A stretch of DNA of 64,000 bases from the IMG/VR virus record IMGVR_UViG_3300045988_160053; one strand, written 5' to 3'. This DNA is from a virus. Every line of letters starts with the position of its first letter. Position 1 is the first letter of the stretch. The notes below the pieces were generated by a model that was not told where the DNA came from, did no database searches, and saw nothing but the letters and a program-made list of their open reading frames with translations. The translations under genes were made by a program, and so were the position numbers. Below are positions 28,030 through 37,815 of this stretch, piece by piece.

Positions 28030-28718
28030 TTACAAATCTCCTTTTTTAAATATTCAATATATTCATTCCATTCGCCTAATGAATGGATATATTCTTTAGT
28101 TTTTAAACATTTTTTCTTCATATCTTTTTTCAAATCAATTGTCCTATACTGCTTATTTTTTTGAAGTTTATTGGTCAAAAAAGCATCGGTTACCCTAGAG
28201 ACTAACAAGTAATCCTTACTGTCCATAGAATCCAAAATAGCGTTGTATTCTGCTAAATCTTCCTCAGGAATAGGGTAATTACATTTGGGTAAGTTCTTAG
28301 TCGAGAAAGGACTAATATCAGCTCCTGCAATCGCAGGTTTAAGAAAAAGTGCTATGTATTCTAACTTACGAGCATGGAACTTAAACTCTATTTCTTTGTC
28401 GTTTTCCATGATACTTCGTACAGTTCCTTCATCTTCAAGTGCCTTATATAATTCTTCATAAGTTTCATATTCAGGTAACCCAATATCATTAGCTATAGCT
28501 TTTAAAATATTGTGTCCTCTTCCTATAGATGGGATATAAGCTACAAGAGTAGAAAAACCATAATGATATATCTGAGCGCCACCATAACACTTAATATAAA
28601 TATCATCAAAACTTGGATCTATTCCTCCAGAATCATCTCTGGGATAATCATTGGTACTTTGATCTATTGCAGCTTTTAGTCTATAAGTACCTTTATATTT
28701 CATTAGATATTTTGCCAT
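28011..28718 (-). CDS. hypothetical protein (235 aa)
   Basis: Long ORF in the operon with an RBS. No motif recognised. Confidence 0.6.
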   Translation of the reverse strand: MAKYLMKYKGTYRLKAAIDQSTNDYPRDDSGGIDPSFDDIYIKCYGGAQIYHYGFSTLVAYIPSIGRGHNILKAIANDIGLPEYETYEELYKALEDEGTVRSIMENDKEIEFKFHARKLEYIALFLKPAIAGADISPFSTKNLPKCNYPIPEEDLAEYNAILDSMDSKDYLLVSRVTDAFLTNKLQKNKQYRTIDLKKDMKKKCLKTKEYIHSLGEWNEYIEYLKKEICKCGSKD

Positions 28719-28767
28719 TTAAAACCTCTTCTTTTTCCTCTCATAACCAAATAAATATTATTCATGT

Positions 28768-29259
28768 TTATCTTTTAAACTCCTCTGCTAAAATTTCAAA
28801 CTCCACATCATCATGCAACTTTCCATCCATTAATTTACATATTTGTTTATGATAAGCACACTCTCTGCCGCCATGCTCCTTAATAAAGTTTCTGTACCCA
28901 CGAATAGCCGGATTGTCTGCTATACAGATCCAACAAAGTCTATTCAAATGGTATTTATCAAAGATATCACATATGATTTGATATAAATCTTTAGCAAATA
29001 ATACATTACCTTTATCAAAACTAATTGCGCCAAAACGATCAGCGCTCATTGTTACAAAGCTAACAGAATATGAAATATATCCTAATATATTGCCGTTATT
29101 GTCAACAGAAACAAAATGATGAGAATCATAATTGTTGTTTGGAATATCCAGTTCTTCAACTCCAGACCAACCAGAATAATACATGTATTCTTCGTTATAC
29201 CAAGTCTCTATATATTTCTTTTTTATTTCTTCTTTATATAATTGTGCTGGTTTAATCAT
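28768..29259 (-). CDS. possible GNAT-family N-acetyltransferase
   Basis: HHFVSVDNNGNILGYISY ... LNRLCWICIADNPAIRGYRNFIKEHGGRE follows the GNAT beta4-alpha3 / motif A pattern. By eye only. Confidence 0.4.
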   Translation of the reverse strand: MIKPAQLYKEEIKKKYIETWYNEEYMYYSGWSGVEELDIPNNNYDSHHFVSVDNNGNILGYISYSVSFVTMSADRFGAISFDKGNVLFAKDLYQIICDIFDKYHLNRLCWICIADNPAIRGYRNFIKEHGGRECAYHKQICKLMDGKLHDDVEFEILAEEFKR

Positions 29260-29279
29260 TCTTTATTCCTCATATTTAT

Positions 29280-29399
29280 TTAATATGTCATTAATGGTAA
29301 CAAAAACGCCCATAAGCACCATGCTGAATGCGTGACTTTAATGCCTACAATTACTGCTAATGCAGTTGAAATCCATGCTGCTGCTTTTGCAAATTCCAT
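29280..29399 (-). CDS. possible 39-aa membrane peptide (below the track cutoff)
   Basis: Hand translation: MEFAKAAAWISTALAVIVGIKVTHSAWCLWAFLLPLMTY. Fills the gap between two genes. Confidence 0.3.
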   Translation of the reverse strand: MEFAKAAAWISTALAVIVGIKVTHSAWCLWAFLLPLMTY

Positions 29400-29402
29400 A
29401 TA

Positions 29403-29645
29403 TTAATCCTCCTTTAATACCATAATAACTGCATTACACATACCAATAATCCTTTGAAATTTTTCATCTTTCGAATGAACGTTTGTGCTAGGCAAGACAT
29501 ATCCATTTTCTGCAATTTCTTTTATTGCTGACATCCATTCAACAACAATGTTACTACCGGATTTTTCCTGAGACGTTTTTTTATCTGGTGGTGATACGTA
29601 AGGCAATTGTTGCGGCCTTCCTGGTGTCATATCTGCTTCCTCCAT
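29403..29645 (-). CDS. hypothetical protein (80 aa)
   Basis: ORF in the operon. No motif recognised. Confidence 0.5.
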   Translation of the reverse strand: MEEADMTPGRPQQLPYVSPPDKKTSQEKSGSNIVVEWMSAIKEIAENGYVLPSTNVHSKDEKFQRIIGMCNAVIMVLKED

Positions 29646-29683
29646 TAATTTAATATAATTCCTTTAATGTTTTTATCATAATT

Positions 29684-30232
29684 TTAATTCTCCTTTATGC
29701 TTTCCATAAGTTCACTACGAATTTCATCATACATTTTATGTAACTTAGGATTCACAAAAGTCATCCATTCTCGCCGTTTATCCTGTATCATAAGTGCTCT
29801 CAACATAGTCCCAGAGATGGGTAATTCTTCACGATTAATGATTAATTCGGTTGTGTTCTTTAAATCTTTCTTGTCGAACCATCCACTCCGGCTATCATCA
29901 TTACCATAAATCATTACATCTGGATTTTTATAAATATACCGATCCACATTTTGAAGAAGATATCTACCCCAATCTGGTGTGATATCATTTTCATCAGTAA
30001 GGTCTGATAATGCATAAATCATAATATTCGGATTATCACCATACACTTCACGTATCATCTTGATTCTAGTATTGACATTCAAAGGATTACGTTCTGTCCC
30101 GCATTCTTGAGCGCTACCGACGAGAATAAGCATTCGATCACAAAGTAATAACCCAGTATCAATAAGTTTTTCATGGCCTTTATGGAATGTTTGAAAACGT
30201 CCACAAACAAGCCCAACATCATATGGTTTCAT
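29684..30232 (-). CDS. nicotinamide/nicotinate mononucleotide adenylyltransferase (NadM/NadR-type NMNAT)
   Basis: The ATG at 30232 has an AAGGAG RBS (track start 30259). Motifs: GRFQTFHKGH (the GRFQPxHxGH nucleotidyltransferase motif) and ISGTMLR (the ISxTxxR motif). Confidence 0.8.
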   Translation of the reverse strand: MKPYDVGLVCGRFQTFHKGHEKLIDTGLLLCDRMLILVGSAQECGTERNPLNVNTRIKMIREVYGDNPNIMIYALSDLTDENDITPDWGRYLLQNVDRYIYKNPDVMIYGNDDSRSGWFDKKDLKNTTELIINREELPISGTMLRALMIQDKRREWMTFVNPKLHKMYDEIRSELMESIKEN

Positions 30233-30233
30233 A

Positions 30234-30497
30234 TTATTTCTTCTCCTTTTTAATTCCAAGCATATGAATAAATGGTATTAAGAACACAATGAAAAGAACG
30301 ATATATATAATAATTGCTGCAGGAATAGTAAATATAATTACGATAGCAGTATATATTTTCCCAAACCAGTTTTTATTTTGGAGCCACGTTTTATATTCTC
30401 CTATTGGTAATAATTCATCTATCGCGCAATTAACCACTAAAACAATTGTGAAATAAATTTCGATTAAAAAGAATGATGTAAATACTACGTCATCCAT
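30234..30497 (-). CDS. small polytopic membrane protein (87 aa)
   Basis: Two to three strongly hydrophobic segments. TAATG overlap with the nadE stop. Confidence 0.55.
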   Translation of the reverse strand: MDDVVFTSFFLIEIYFTIVLVVNCAIDELLPIGEYKTWLQNKNWFGKIYTAIVIIFTIPAAIIIYIVLFIVFLIPFIHMLGIKKEKK

Positions 30498-31258
30498 TAT
30501 GCTACCTCCACTTTTAATCCAGGATTAAATACCGGGATCTTCTCTGATTTAAAAAGACATCGTTTGTGCATTAAATCAATCTTAGCTTTTACATCCAGAT
30601 CGTCAATCTCTCCTGTACGAAGATATCTGTCCAGAACTTCATATGGGAATCCTAAATTGTCCTCATCTGTCTTTTCACACAAGCCATCTATCGGGATCTT
30701 TTCAATAAGTTCTGTAGGAAGCAATAATTCATATCCAAGTTTTTTAACTTCATATACAGTTAATTTTCCTAACGGACTAAAATCACCTGCCGAATCACCA
30801 TACCTGGTTTCATAACCGACATATGATTCTGAAAGATTACATGTATTTGCTACTCTTCCATTACAAGACTGAGAGACAGCATATAATGTAGACATTCTAA
30901 TACGTGCCGGAAGATTTATTTTTGTCTGTTCACTGATCTCGATTCCTGAGCTTTCGAGCCTTGCCAGTACACTTCGAACCGTATCTCCAATATTAATCTC
31001 GTAAGACTTAATATTAAGAAATTCACAAAGTTTGTACGCAGCATAAATATCTTTCTGCTGACCCTGTGGCATCAGTACACCAATTACACGATCTTTTCCA
31101 AGAGCTTCTACACAAAGTGCTGCTACTACAGAAGAATCTTTTCCGCCAGAGATTCCTACAATTGCATTGCATCCGGGACCATTCTGATCGAACCAGTCTC
31201 TGATCCACTGTACAATTTCATTCTTGAGTTCTTTAACATATCCATTGTAATATTTCAT
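30497..31258 (-). CDS. nadE: NH3-dependent NAD+ synthetase
   Basis: AGGAGG RBS. PP-loop VGISGGKDSSVVAAL. Length of 253 aa and overall pattern fit NadE. Confidence 0.9.
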   Translation of the reverse strand: MKYYNGYVKELKNEIVQWIRDWFDQNGPGCNAIVGISGGKDSSVVAALCVEALGKDRVIGVLMPQGQQKDIYAAYKLCEFLNIKSYEINIGDTVRSVLARLESSGIEISEQTKINLPARIRMSTLYAVSQSCNGRVANTCNLSESYVGYETRYGDSAGDFSPLGKLTVYEVKKLGYELLLPTELIEKIPIDGLCEKTDEDNLGFPYEVLDRYLRTGEIDDLDVKAKIDLMHKRCLFKSEKIPVFNPGLKVEVA

Positions 31259-31259
31259 C

Positions 31260-31619
31260 TTATAATCCTCCTAAACAATTAATATATTGTTTAACATTGC
31301 CATTATCATATGTCTTTGTAATCAATACGGCAGACACTGTTTGTCCTATTCTTCCATGATATTTACGATATGTACTTTCATCACTAAGTGAATATTCCAC
31401 TCCGTTATAGTCTACCGTAATTTCATACTCGGCATAATCTGTCCGAAATTGTGGAACATGATTAATCATACCTGTAAAATGAACTTCTTTCGGCTTATAG
31501 TATTCATTAACAATTTTGACTTTTACACTTTCTTCTTTCTTATCAATACATTTAGCGCATCCAGTCAACATAAATACACTGATAAGCAGAAGAATTAATA
31601 TAGTAGCTGCCTTTTTCAC
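31260..31619 (-). CDS. lipoprotein (119 aa)
   Basis: GTG start with an AGGAGG RBS (GTGA overlap with the upstream stop). Signal peptide plus lipobox MLTGC. Confidence 0.6.
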   Translation of the reverse strand: MKKAATILILLLISVFMLTGCAKCIDKKEESVKVKIVNEYYKPKEVHFTGMINHVPQFRTDYAEYEITVDYNGVEYSLSDESTYRKYHGRIGQTVSAVLITKTYDNGNVKQYINCLGGL

Positions 31620-32044
31620 TTTGATTCCTCCTGCAGTTTCTTTCTTACTTTCATAAGAATTCTACCAAGCCTGTTTTCTCCAATACCATTAACAGTTCCC
31701 CAAGTTGTATCTCCCCATGTATTTCCTTCTTCCAAATGTTCATTACCTGTAGCAAGTAACTTTTCCTTAAGGTCTGGATTCTGAGTGAATTTAGCCAGTA
31801 CGATTTCATACATTACTTTATCTTTTACTTCTTCCCAATCTGATCTCAGATCAATCTTTCTACCTGTTGCCTTTGCCTCTGATGGGCTAGCTTTAGAAAA
31901 TAACTGGAATCTTAGTCTACGATTCTTTGTTTTCTGCGCTTGAAAAGCTGCTTCATTATTTGTATAGTCCCATCCGTTGTAACTTACCGGTGCCATATAA
32001 AAGTTACTTAAAAAGTAATAATCTCCAGTAAAACTATTAATCAT
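31616..32044 (-). CDS. NADAR-family (DUF1768/YbiA-like) ADP-ribose-processing hydrolase
   Basis: The ATG at 32044 has a GGAGGG RBS (track start 32125 is upstream). Motifs: YFLSNFY, NNEAAFQAQK, LLATGNEHLEEGNTWGDTTWG, NRLGRILMKVR. Confidence 0.85.
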   Translation of the reverse strand: MINSFTGDYYFLSNFYMAPVSYNGWDYTNNEAAFQAQKTKNRRLRFQLFSKASPSEAKATGRKIDLRSDWEEVKDKVMYEIVLAKFTQNPDLKEKLLATGNEHLEEGNTWGDTTWGTVNGIGENRLGRILMKVRKKLQEESK

Positions 32045-32045
32045 C

Positions 32046-32594
32046 TTAAATACCCTCCATTGCTTTCCACTGTTTTCTTCTCTTACTCTGCATCTTCCAA
32101 CCAGACACTTTGGATCCTTTCTCATAATCCCATGAATCTATTTTTCTTTTTGGTTTTATAGGCTTGAGAGTAATACCATATTCATTTCTTACCTCTACAA
32201 TCTCTTCTGGTGTAATACTTTTACGCTGATCCGGCTCTGTTGAAGCCCGATGAATATTCCATCCATGATGTTTATGATATGTACGATAATATTTCTTCTT
32301 ATATTTCTTAGTAAGCTGATGAAAGTCTCGTACATTACCATAATCATCCATAATCAAATATCTGTGATATTCTTTTGTTGTCGTAAAGTAACATCTACCG
32401 TGCATGTATTCATCTTCAAAATAATTAAACTTATTATAAAATTGTTTATCGTATTTTGTTTCGAAATATGTATACACTTCTTTAGTACCTGTTAGATATC
32501 CGAGATATTCCCATGGTAACCATTTATATTTGGCCCATTCGCAATGATATTCAACTACTTTTGTTCTTTGCATATAAATATGATATTCTCTCAT
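32046..32594 (-). CDS. hypothetical basic, Tyr/Lys-rich protein (182 aa)
   Basis: ORF in the operon. No motif recognised. Confidence 0.6.
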   Translation of the reverse strand: MREYHIYMQRTKVVEYHCEWAKYKWLPWEYLGYLTGTKEVYTYFETKYDKQFYNKFNYFEDEYMHGRCYFTTTKEYHRYLIMDDYGNVRDFHQLTKKYKKKYYRTYHKHHGWNIHRASTEPDQRKSITPEEIVEVRNEYGITLKPIKPKRKIDSWDYEKGSKVSGWKMQSKRRKQWKAMEGI

Positions 32595-32603
32595 ATAAAA
32601 CTC

Positions 32604-32888
32604 CTACTGTCCTTTATGTCTTGACATATCGACTGTTGTTTTAAAATATTTACCAATTGTTGCAATTGTTGCACAAATAACAGGGATCATTGGTTTCGTA
32701 AATCTAGTTGTATTAAATATGATATTTAGTCCATTAACCAATGCGTCTCCTACAAAAAATTTCAGTATACATCCACCTATGTAAGCAAACATAAATGATA
32801 ATGCCGGACTAATAACAAGAGTGAAAATCGCAAGGATGATTACTGTAAACGCACCTATTCCTTCTAATGTATTATCTTTTCTGTTCAT
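32604..32888 (-). CDS. small membrane protein (94 aa)
   Basis: Three hydrophobic segments. Confidence 0.55.
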   Translation of the reverse strand: MNRKDNTLEGIGAFTVIILAIFTLVISPALSFMFAYIGGCILKFFVGDALVNGLNIIFNTTRFTKPMIPVICATIATIGKYFKTTVDMSRHKGQ

Positions 32889-33385
32889 TCATCCAGCCTC
32901 CATAATTCCACATCATAATCTTTAAGTTCCTCTTCAATGATTTTATAAACCACTTCCCAGTCTGCTCCCCCTCTTACACAACCAATCTTATACGGAAGTG
33001 CTACTGAGGTTCTACAAAGATCTTTTCCTTCTAGTCCATTTTTTTCACGCCATACTCCAAAATGTTGCGAAATATATCTTAAACCATCTCTAAAAGCTTC
33101 AAGATCTGTATACTGTTTACCATCATATCCATATTTATTTTGTGCGAATAAAGACAATACAATTTGACCTCTATCTTTCAATAAATATGCATCACATGTT
33201 CCGAGTAGTTCTTCCGGCTCGAACTTACAAAATTCACAAAACTTTCTATAGTGTTTATAAATGCCTTCATCATAATCTCTTAATGCTTTAGCAACTCCAG
33301 ATCCCATAACACCCTGGCAGTTAACCTGATGAATTATAAAATCTGTCTTTGCATTAACGATATTACCTTCAATAATTTTAATCAT
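32885..33385 (-). CDS. Macro domain protein (ADP-ribose binding/hydrolase)
   Basis: The ATG at 33385 has an AGGAGG RBS (track start 33430). Motifs: IIHQVNCQGVMGSGVAKAL and LPYKIGCVRGGADWEVV. Confidence 0.85.
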   Translation of the reverse strand: MIKIIEGNIVNAKTDFIIHQVNCQGVMGSGVAKALRDYDEGIYKHYRKFCEFCKFEPEELLGTCDAYLLKDRGQIVLSLFAQNKYGYDGKQYTDLEAFRDGLRYISQHFGVWREKNGLEGKDLCRTSVALPYKIGCVRGGADWEVVYKIIEEELKDYDVELWRLDE

Positions 33386-33395
33386 TTGCTTCCTC

Positions 33396-33812
33396 CTATA
33401 TAAAATTCTGAAATGTAAATTTCTCGCCACAAGAACAGATTACTTCTCCAACAGTTCCAATTGATGTTGGTGTAAAGCACCATGTAAGAGAGCCGCCTAT
33501 GCAACCATGTCCCATTGCTCTCTGTTCCATAGTTTTCAAACCATGTTTCTCAGCATCATGTTTTAATTCCCACTCTCTGATTTTCTCTTGTTCTTTTTCT
33601 GAAATTGGAAATCCTCTATACAGATCCTCTTTCGCTTTTTTCAGTTCTGTTTCCATTCTCTGCATTTCAGAATCTTTATAATGCTCATCTTTGAGTTTCT
33701 TGTTTTCTTCTTCTAAGTATTTAATTCGTTTTTCATAAGTATCTGCTTTATCAATAATTCCTTGACAAAGATCTGAAACAGAATCGGAAAAATATGTCTT
33801 TTTCATTTTCAT
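33396..33812 (-). CDS. hypothetical coiled-coil protein with a C-terminal Cys motif (138 aa)
   Basis: ORF in the operon. GHGCIGG...CFTP...CSCGEKF. No family recognised. Confidence 0.6.
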   Translation of the reverse strand: MKMKKTYFSDSVSDLCQGIIDKADTYEKRIKYLEEENKKLKDEHYKDSEMQRMETELKKAKEDLYRGFPISEKEQEKIREWELKHDAEKHGLKTMEQRAMGHGCIGGSLTWCFTPTSIGTVGEVICSCGEKFTFQNFI

Positions 33813-33813
33813 C

Positions 33814-34353
33814 TTAAATTTCCTTTACTAAATATTTCACTGGAACATTTTTAGTCAGCCAAACTCCATTTTTAGATAAGTAAAATTTGTATCCATCTTT
33901 GTACATCTGTTCACTATTGATAGAATAAACAACTTCTTTACCATGTCTTTTGCCGACAGCTTTGGCGGTTTCAACATCTTTTGACAAATGAACATATAAA
34001 CGACTTTTAGGAATCAGTCCGTTCTGATCAATAGACGCTATATATTTCTCGCCGGTTCCATGATAAAGAATTCTAGGCGGCTCTTTCTCTTCCAGTTCTA
34101 CATCTACCGGAATTGAATGTCCCTGATTCGCTCTGATCAATGTTTTGTCATCATTGAAAGAATATCGCTGCTTATTGTCAGTCCGTACAATTTCCTCTAA
34201 AATTTCTTTGTTGAATCCGGGATTGTTTTTAGCAATGCCCTGAATTAGTTCTTCTACATTCGCCCATCCGTGTTCATTTAAAGTAATATTGATCACTTCA
34301 GGTTTATGTCTTAATATAAGACTTATATATCTACTAATACTTTGTAAATTCAT
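33814..34353 (-). CDS. kptA: RNA 2'-phosphotransferase (Tpt1/KptA family, NAD+-dependent)
   Basis: [10 protein letters not shown]...[20 protein letters not shown]...[22 protein letters not shown]...[13 protein letters not shown]. The R-H-R-R catalytic tetrad context is visible. Confidence 0.88.
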   Translation of the reverse strand: MNLQSISRYISLILRHKPEVINITLNEHGWANVEELIQGIAKNNPGFNKEILEEIVRTDNKQRYSFNDDKTLIRANQGHSIPVDVELEEKEPPRILYHGTGEKYIASIDQNGLIPKSRLYVHLSKDVETAKAVGKRHGKEVVYSINSEQMYKDGYKFYLSKNGVWLTKNVPVKYLVKEI

Positions 34354-34358
34354 TCTCT

Positions 34359-36305
34359 TTACTCCATAAATGATGAAACATGTACGGTTACAAAATCGCT
34401 ATGTGCACGAATATAATCCAAAGTTTTTACTGTATCCTCTACAATTGCAATCTGAGATGGCTTAAGCCCAAGCTTTTGCTGCAACGTCTGAAGCACAGTA
34501 AGTTTTTCTGTTTTTTCTAAAGTGAAATAGATATTATCATCCGGAAGATTATAGTTGTTTTTGATAAAAGCTCTTTTGCCGGGGATCTCACTAGAAGGAC
34601 TCTTTGAACAAGTATATACTTTATCAATACCTTTCTTTTGAATAAACTTTTGCATTAATTTAATCGGACGCACATCTTTATACGGATTCTCACCGAAAGC
34701 TACAAGTCTATCCCATTCATCATCAGTCATACTATGACTTAATTCAGAAAACTCATACGGAGCAAGTACTCCATCTACGTCCATTACTACAATCACATCA
34801 TCTTTTAATAAATAATCTGTAATTTTACTTATCTTTGTTTTTTTGTTTCCTCCGTTTAATCTTTCTCTAATGTCTTCAAATGTTTCTTTATTGCAAGCTT
34901 CCCCATCTACAAATACAGTTCTTAATGTTCCATTACCAAATATACTATCATATCCGTCTTCACACTGTAATTCTCCATTGTCATCGTAATATATACAACA
35001 ACACCCCTTATGAGATTTTTTCAAATGACTCGTATCGGTTTTTGGATCTTTATAGATCATAATTGGCTCGCCATTGACAATTCCATAAGTGGCTTTCATA
35101 GCAATACCAAACATATCTCTGGTTACAACAACCATATGTCCATCAGGCTCTATAACTGCTGAGAAGCAAAATGCTCCGACTCCGAATACGATATTGTTTG
35201 CAGCAAATCCTTTTTTCTTCAATTCTTCCCATACCTGCTTTACATTATTAAGAGTACATCCGTCCCCATAAATAATTCCAATATGAGAGTCAAGTACTTT
35301 ATATCCTTTGCTATTTACTGTTCCGCCGAATGTATTCCAAAGTTTCTCAATGGTCTTTACGGCAATTTCTACCATATCTCCGGAATCTGGACGAACCAGA
35401 AGTTTGCCATTATGCTGCATGATTTCTTTTTTACAAGCCGGAAGAATATTATCAATCATATTCCAGTAATCATAAGTATCAGATACCATGCTAAAAGATG
35501 CATTAGGATATAGTTCCGTAAGTAGTCTTTTTACAAATGTGATTTCATCACCGTCTACTGCATAATTTGAAGCCATAACTGAATGTTCTGTTGATACAGC
35601 GCCAATTCCAATCTTTTCAGCCCAGCAACAAGCATCATAATATGTATCTATATAATCAATAGCAGGAATTGTGCTTGTCTTATCAAATGATAATAACCAA
35701 GCAGATGAACATCTCACGGCCTCTTCCATACAAGACATTCCTCTCATACCAAAGTCTGAGCAGGCCATTTCAGGTCTTAAAAAGTCATCACAGGTCATTT
35801 TATAGTAGTCGTTTGCAAGTTCTCTATACATATGACCAATTGTTGCATGAGCACATGGTTTCCAGAGTTCAACCTGCAGAATACATTCGATCCACTGTAC
35901 TACCCAGGCAAAATCTGGATGTGTATTTGTAATTTCGATGCATGGGATGCCCATTGGTACTAATGTTCCCTCCGGAATAGCACGTATCCGAATTGGAAGA
36001 TAACCTAATTTATGAAGTTTCATAATAGGCTCTAGGTCATAATTGTTTCCTAACTGTATATCCATACTGTATTTATATGTATGTTCAACTTCTGCTGCTG
36101 TTAATTCAAAAAAGTTTTTATTAAAATAATCAACCAGATACTCTTCAATAAATGCCTGTAAACCAAAGAATACCATTTTGTTTTGATTCTTAAGCATTGA
36201 TCTTCGTGGGGTCCAGTAAGATACTAATTGATCCAGTCCTTTCGGATAGATTTTATTATGTATCTGTTTATATGTATCGCTTAATAGGATTGCTAAAGTA
36301 TTCAT
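34359..36305 (-). CDS. nicotinamide phosphoribosyltransferase-family enzyme (Nampt/NadV or Namat-like) fused to a C-terminal HAD-like phosphatase domain
   Basis: The ATG at 36305 lies after the upstream stop (track start 36341). The N-terminus [15 protein letters not shown] matches the Nampt TDSYKxxHxxxYP motif. The C-terminal roughly 170 aa (about 34359-34880) carries HAD motif [10 protein letters not shown] plus a later VEDT. Confidence 0.85.
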   Translation of the reverse strand: MNTLAILLSDTYKQIHNKIYPKGLDQLVSYWTPRRSMLKNQNKMVFFGLQAFIEEYLVDYFNKNFFELTAAEVEHTYKYSMDIQLGNNYDLEPIMKLHKLGYLPIRIRAIPEGTLVPMGIPCIEITNTHPDFAWVVQWIECILQVELWKPCAHATIGHMYRELANDYYKMTCDDFLRPEMACSDFGMRGMSCMEEAVRCSSAWLLSFDKTSTIPAIDYIDTYYDACCWAEKIGIGAVSTEHSVMASNYAVDGDEITFVKRLLTELYPNASFSMVSDTYDYWNMIDNILPACKKEIMQHNGKLLVRPDSGDMVEIAVKTIEKLWNTFGGTVNSKGYKVLDSHIGIIYGDGCTLNNVKQVWEELKKKGFAANNIVFGVGAFCFSAVIEPDGHMVVVTRDMFGIAMKATYGIVNGEPIMIYKDPKTDTSHLKKSHKGCCCIYYDDNGELQCEDGYDSIFGNGTLRTVFVDGEACNKETFEDIRERLNGGNKKTKISKITDYLLKDDVIVVMDVDGVLAPYEFSELSHSMTDDEWDRLVAFGENPYKDVRPIKLMQKFIQKKGIDKVYTCSKSPSSEIPGKRAFIKNNYNLPDDNIYFTLEKTEKLTVLQTLQQKLGLKPSQIAIVEDTVKTLDYIRAHSDFVTVHVSSFME

Positions 36306-36322
36306 AATATTCTCCCTCAAGT

Positions 36323-36613
36323 CTATTCTTCTGTATAACAAGTATTTGTCACTTTTTTATATACATCCTCGTAAAGTTCCTGTTTATCGCCATTGTATGT
36401 ATATTCAGCATAAATACCATCACCAGAAACCGTAGTAGAAGCAAGACATTTGTAGTTCTGTAAAGTCTTGCACGACCAAACAATAAATACATTTGATAAA
36501 TTAATTGGCTTAATTGCATTTGGACCTTCGTGAATCATACAGCTATTGTTATACCATTCAACTAATTTCTTTTTGCATACATCTTGAAAATGTTCCATTC
36601 CTGTAATAATCAT
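36323..36613 (-). CDS. hypothetical protein (96 aa)
   Basis: ORF in the operon. No motif recognised. Confidence 0.55.
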   Translation of the reverse strand: MIITGMEHFQDVCKKKLVEWYNNSCMIHEGPNAIKPINLSNVFIVWSCKTLQNYKCLASTTVSGDGIYAEYTYNGDKQELYEDVYKKVTNTCYTEE

Positions 36614-37002
36614 TATTTTTTATTCTCCTCTTTATCGTTTACAACTTTGTCAATCTGGTCAGTAATATAATCAACTACATCTTTGCCGGTTTTCCCAATT
36701 GCTTGGATGTTATCTGTCGTTACATTATCTAGCACAAGCATTGTATACATGGTATCTTTTGATGGAACTGTTGTAAAAAGTAAACTACTAACACAAAGCC
36801 AGATAACTGATTTCTTTAAATACTTTTTACATGTAACAATAGGTTTTTCATCCTGTCTATAATCCATAGAACTCAAAAGCCAAATAATTGATAATACCAC
36901 CGCTGCACATCCAAGTAAAATTGATGCAATACCAAATAACTCCCTTAAATCATCAAATAAATCAATTAAATAAATCAACCACGGGCTAATAATCGGTTTC
37001 AT
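36613..37002 (-). CDS. membrane protein (129 aa)
   Basis: AAGGAGG RBS. Three hydrophobic segments. Confidence 0.55.
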   Translation of the reverse strand: MKPIISPWLIYLIDLFDDLRELFGIASILLGCAAVVLSIIWLLSSMDYRQDEKPIVTCKKYLKKSVIWLCVSSLLFTTVPSKDTMYTMLVLDNVTTDNIQAIGKTGKDVVDYITDQIDKVVNDKEENKK

Positions 37003-37011
37003 AATGCCTCC

Positions 37012-37815
37012 TTATCTAAACCTCTCAACAAGTTCAATCTTAGGACTTTCCAGATTTGTCAGAATCGTATCTGTCGTATAAATCTTCTCAATCAATCCAT
37101 TATTTTTCAGAAGTTCTCCTTCATAAATAGTATTCTCACAATGAGTAATATAAAGATAAATCTTACCTACACCGGCCTCTTTCAGCTTTTTAGCACTATA
37201 ATAAAAAGTACCACCTCTGCTGCAAATGTCATCTACAATAAGAATGTCTTTACCTGGTAATTGATCAATTTCACCAGATAAATCTAAACCTTTAATCTCT
37301 CCGGTCTCCCAATCTCTATTCTTAATACCGAAAGCATATGGAAGATGTACTGCTGAAGAATATCGCTTCATGGATCCCGCATCCGGATAAAACATCATAA
37401 GGTTATTACTCGCAATCTTCTTAACAGCATCCTCAATCATTCGATTCGGGGATTCTACATGTACTTTATTAAATAATGCGGCAGATACATCAGAATGCGG
37501 ATCTAAAACTTCTACTTTTCCAAAATGTAATGAATTAATAGTCTGAGCAAAATATTTTAAAGTAAATAATTCGTTCTTATGCTTAACTCGGTCCATACGT
37601 GCATCTGGGATATAAGGCATATATAAATTAGGCACTACTCTATGATCCCAACAATATCTAGTAATATATTCAACTGCTGTTAACTCTTCCATTGATTCAA
37701 AGAACCATTCAATATTATCTCTGCGCCATCCTCCGATGGGTGGGAGATTCTTAAATAAGAATGTCCCATCCGGATATTTATCAAGTTTGATTTCTACGTC
37801 GTTTAATTTAATCAT
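37012..37815 (-). CDS. ribose-phosphate pyrophosphokinase-family enzyme (Prs or ADPR-pyrophosphokinase Adps-like)
   Basis: GAGGAG RBS. By-eye alignment to Prs: YPDGT, MPYIPDARMDR, VLDPHS, YPDAGSMKR and the PRPP loop ILIVDDICSRGGT. At 267 aa it is shorter than bacterial Prs. Confidence 0.8.
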   Translation of the reverse strand: MIKLNDVEIKLDKYPDGTFLFKNLPPIGGWRRDNIEWFFESMEELTAVEYITRYCWDHRVVPNLYMPYIPDARMDRVKHKNELFTLKYFAQTINSLHFGKVEVLDPHSDVSAALFNKVHVESPNRMIEDAVKKIASNNLMMFYPDAGSMKRYSSAVHLPYAFGIKNRDWETGEIKGLDLSGEIDQLPGKDILIVDDICSRGGTFYYSAKKLKEAGVGKIYLYITHCENTIYEGELLKNNGLIEKIYTTDTILTNLESPKIELVERFR

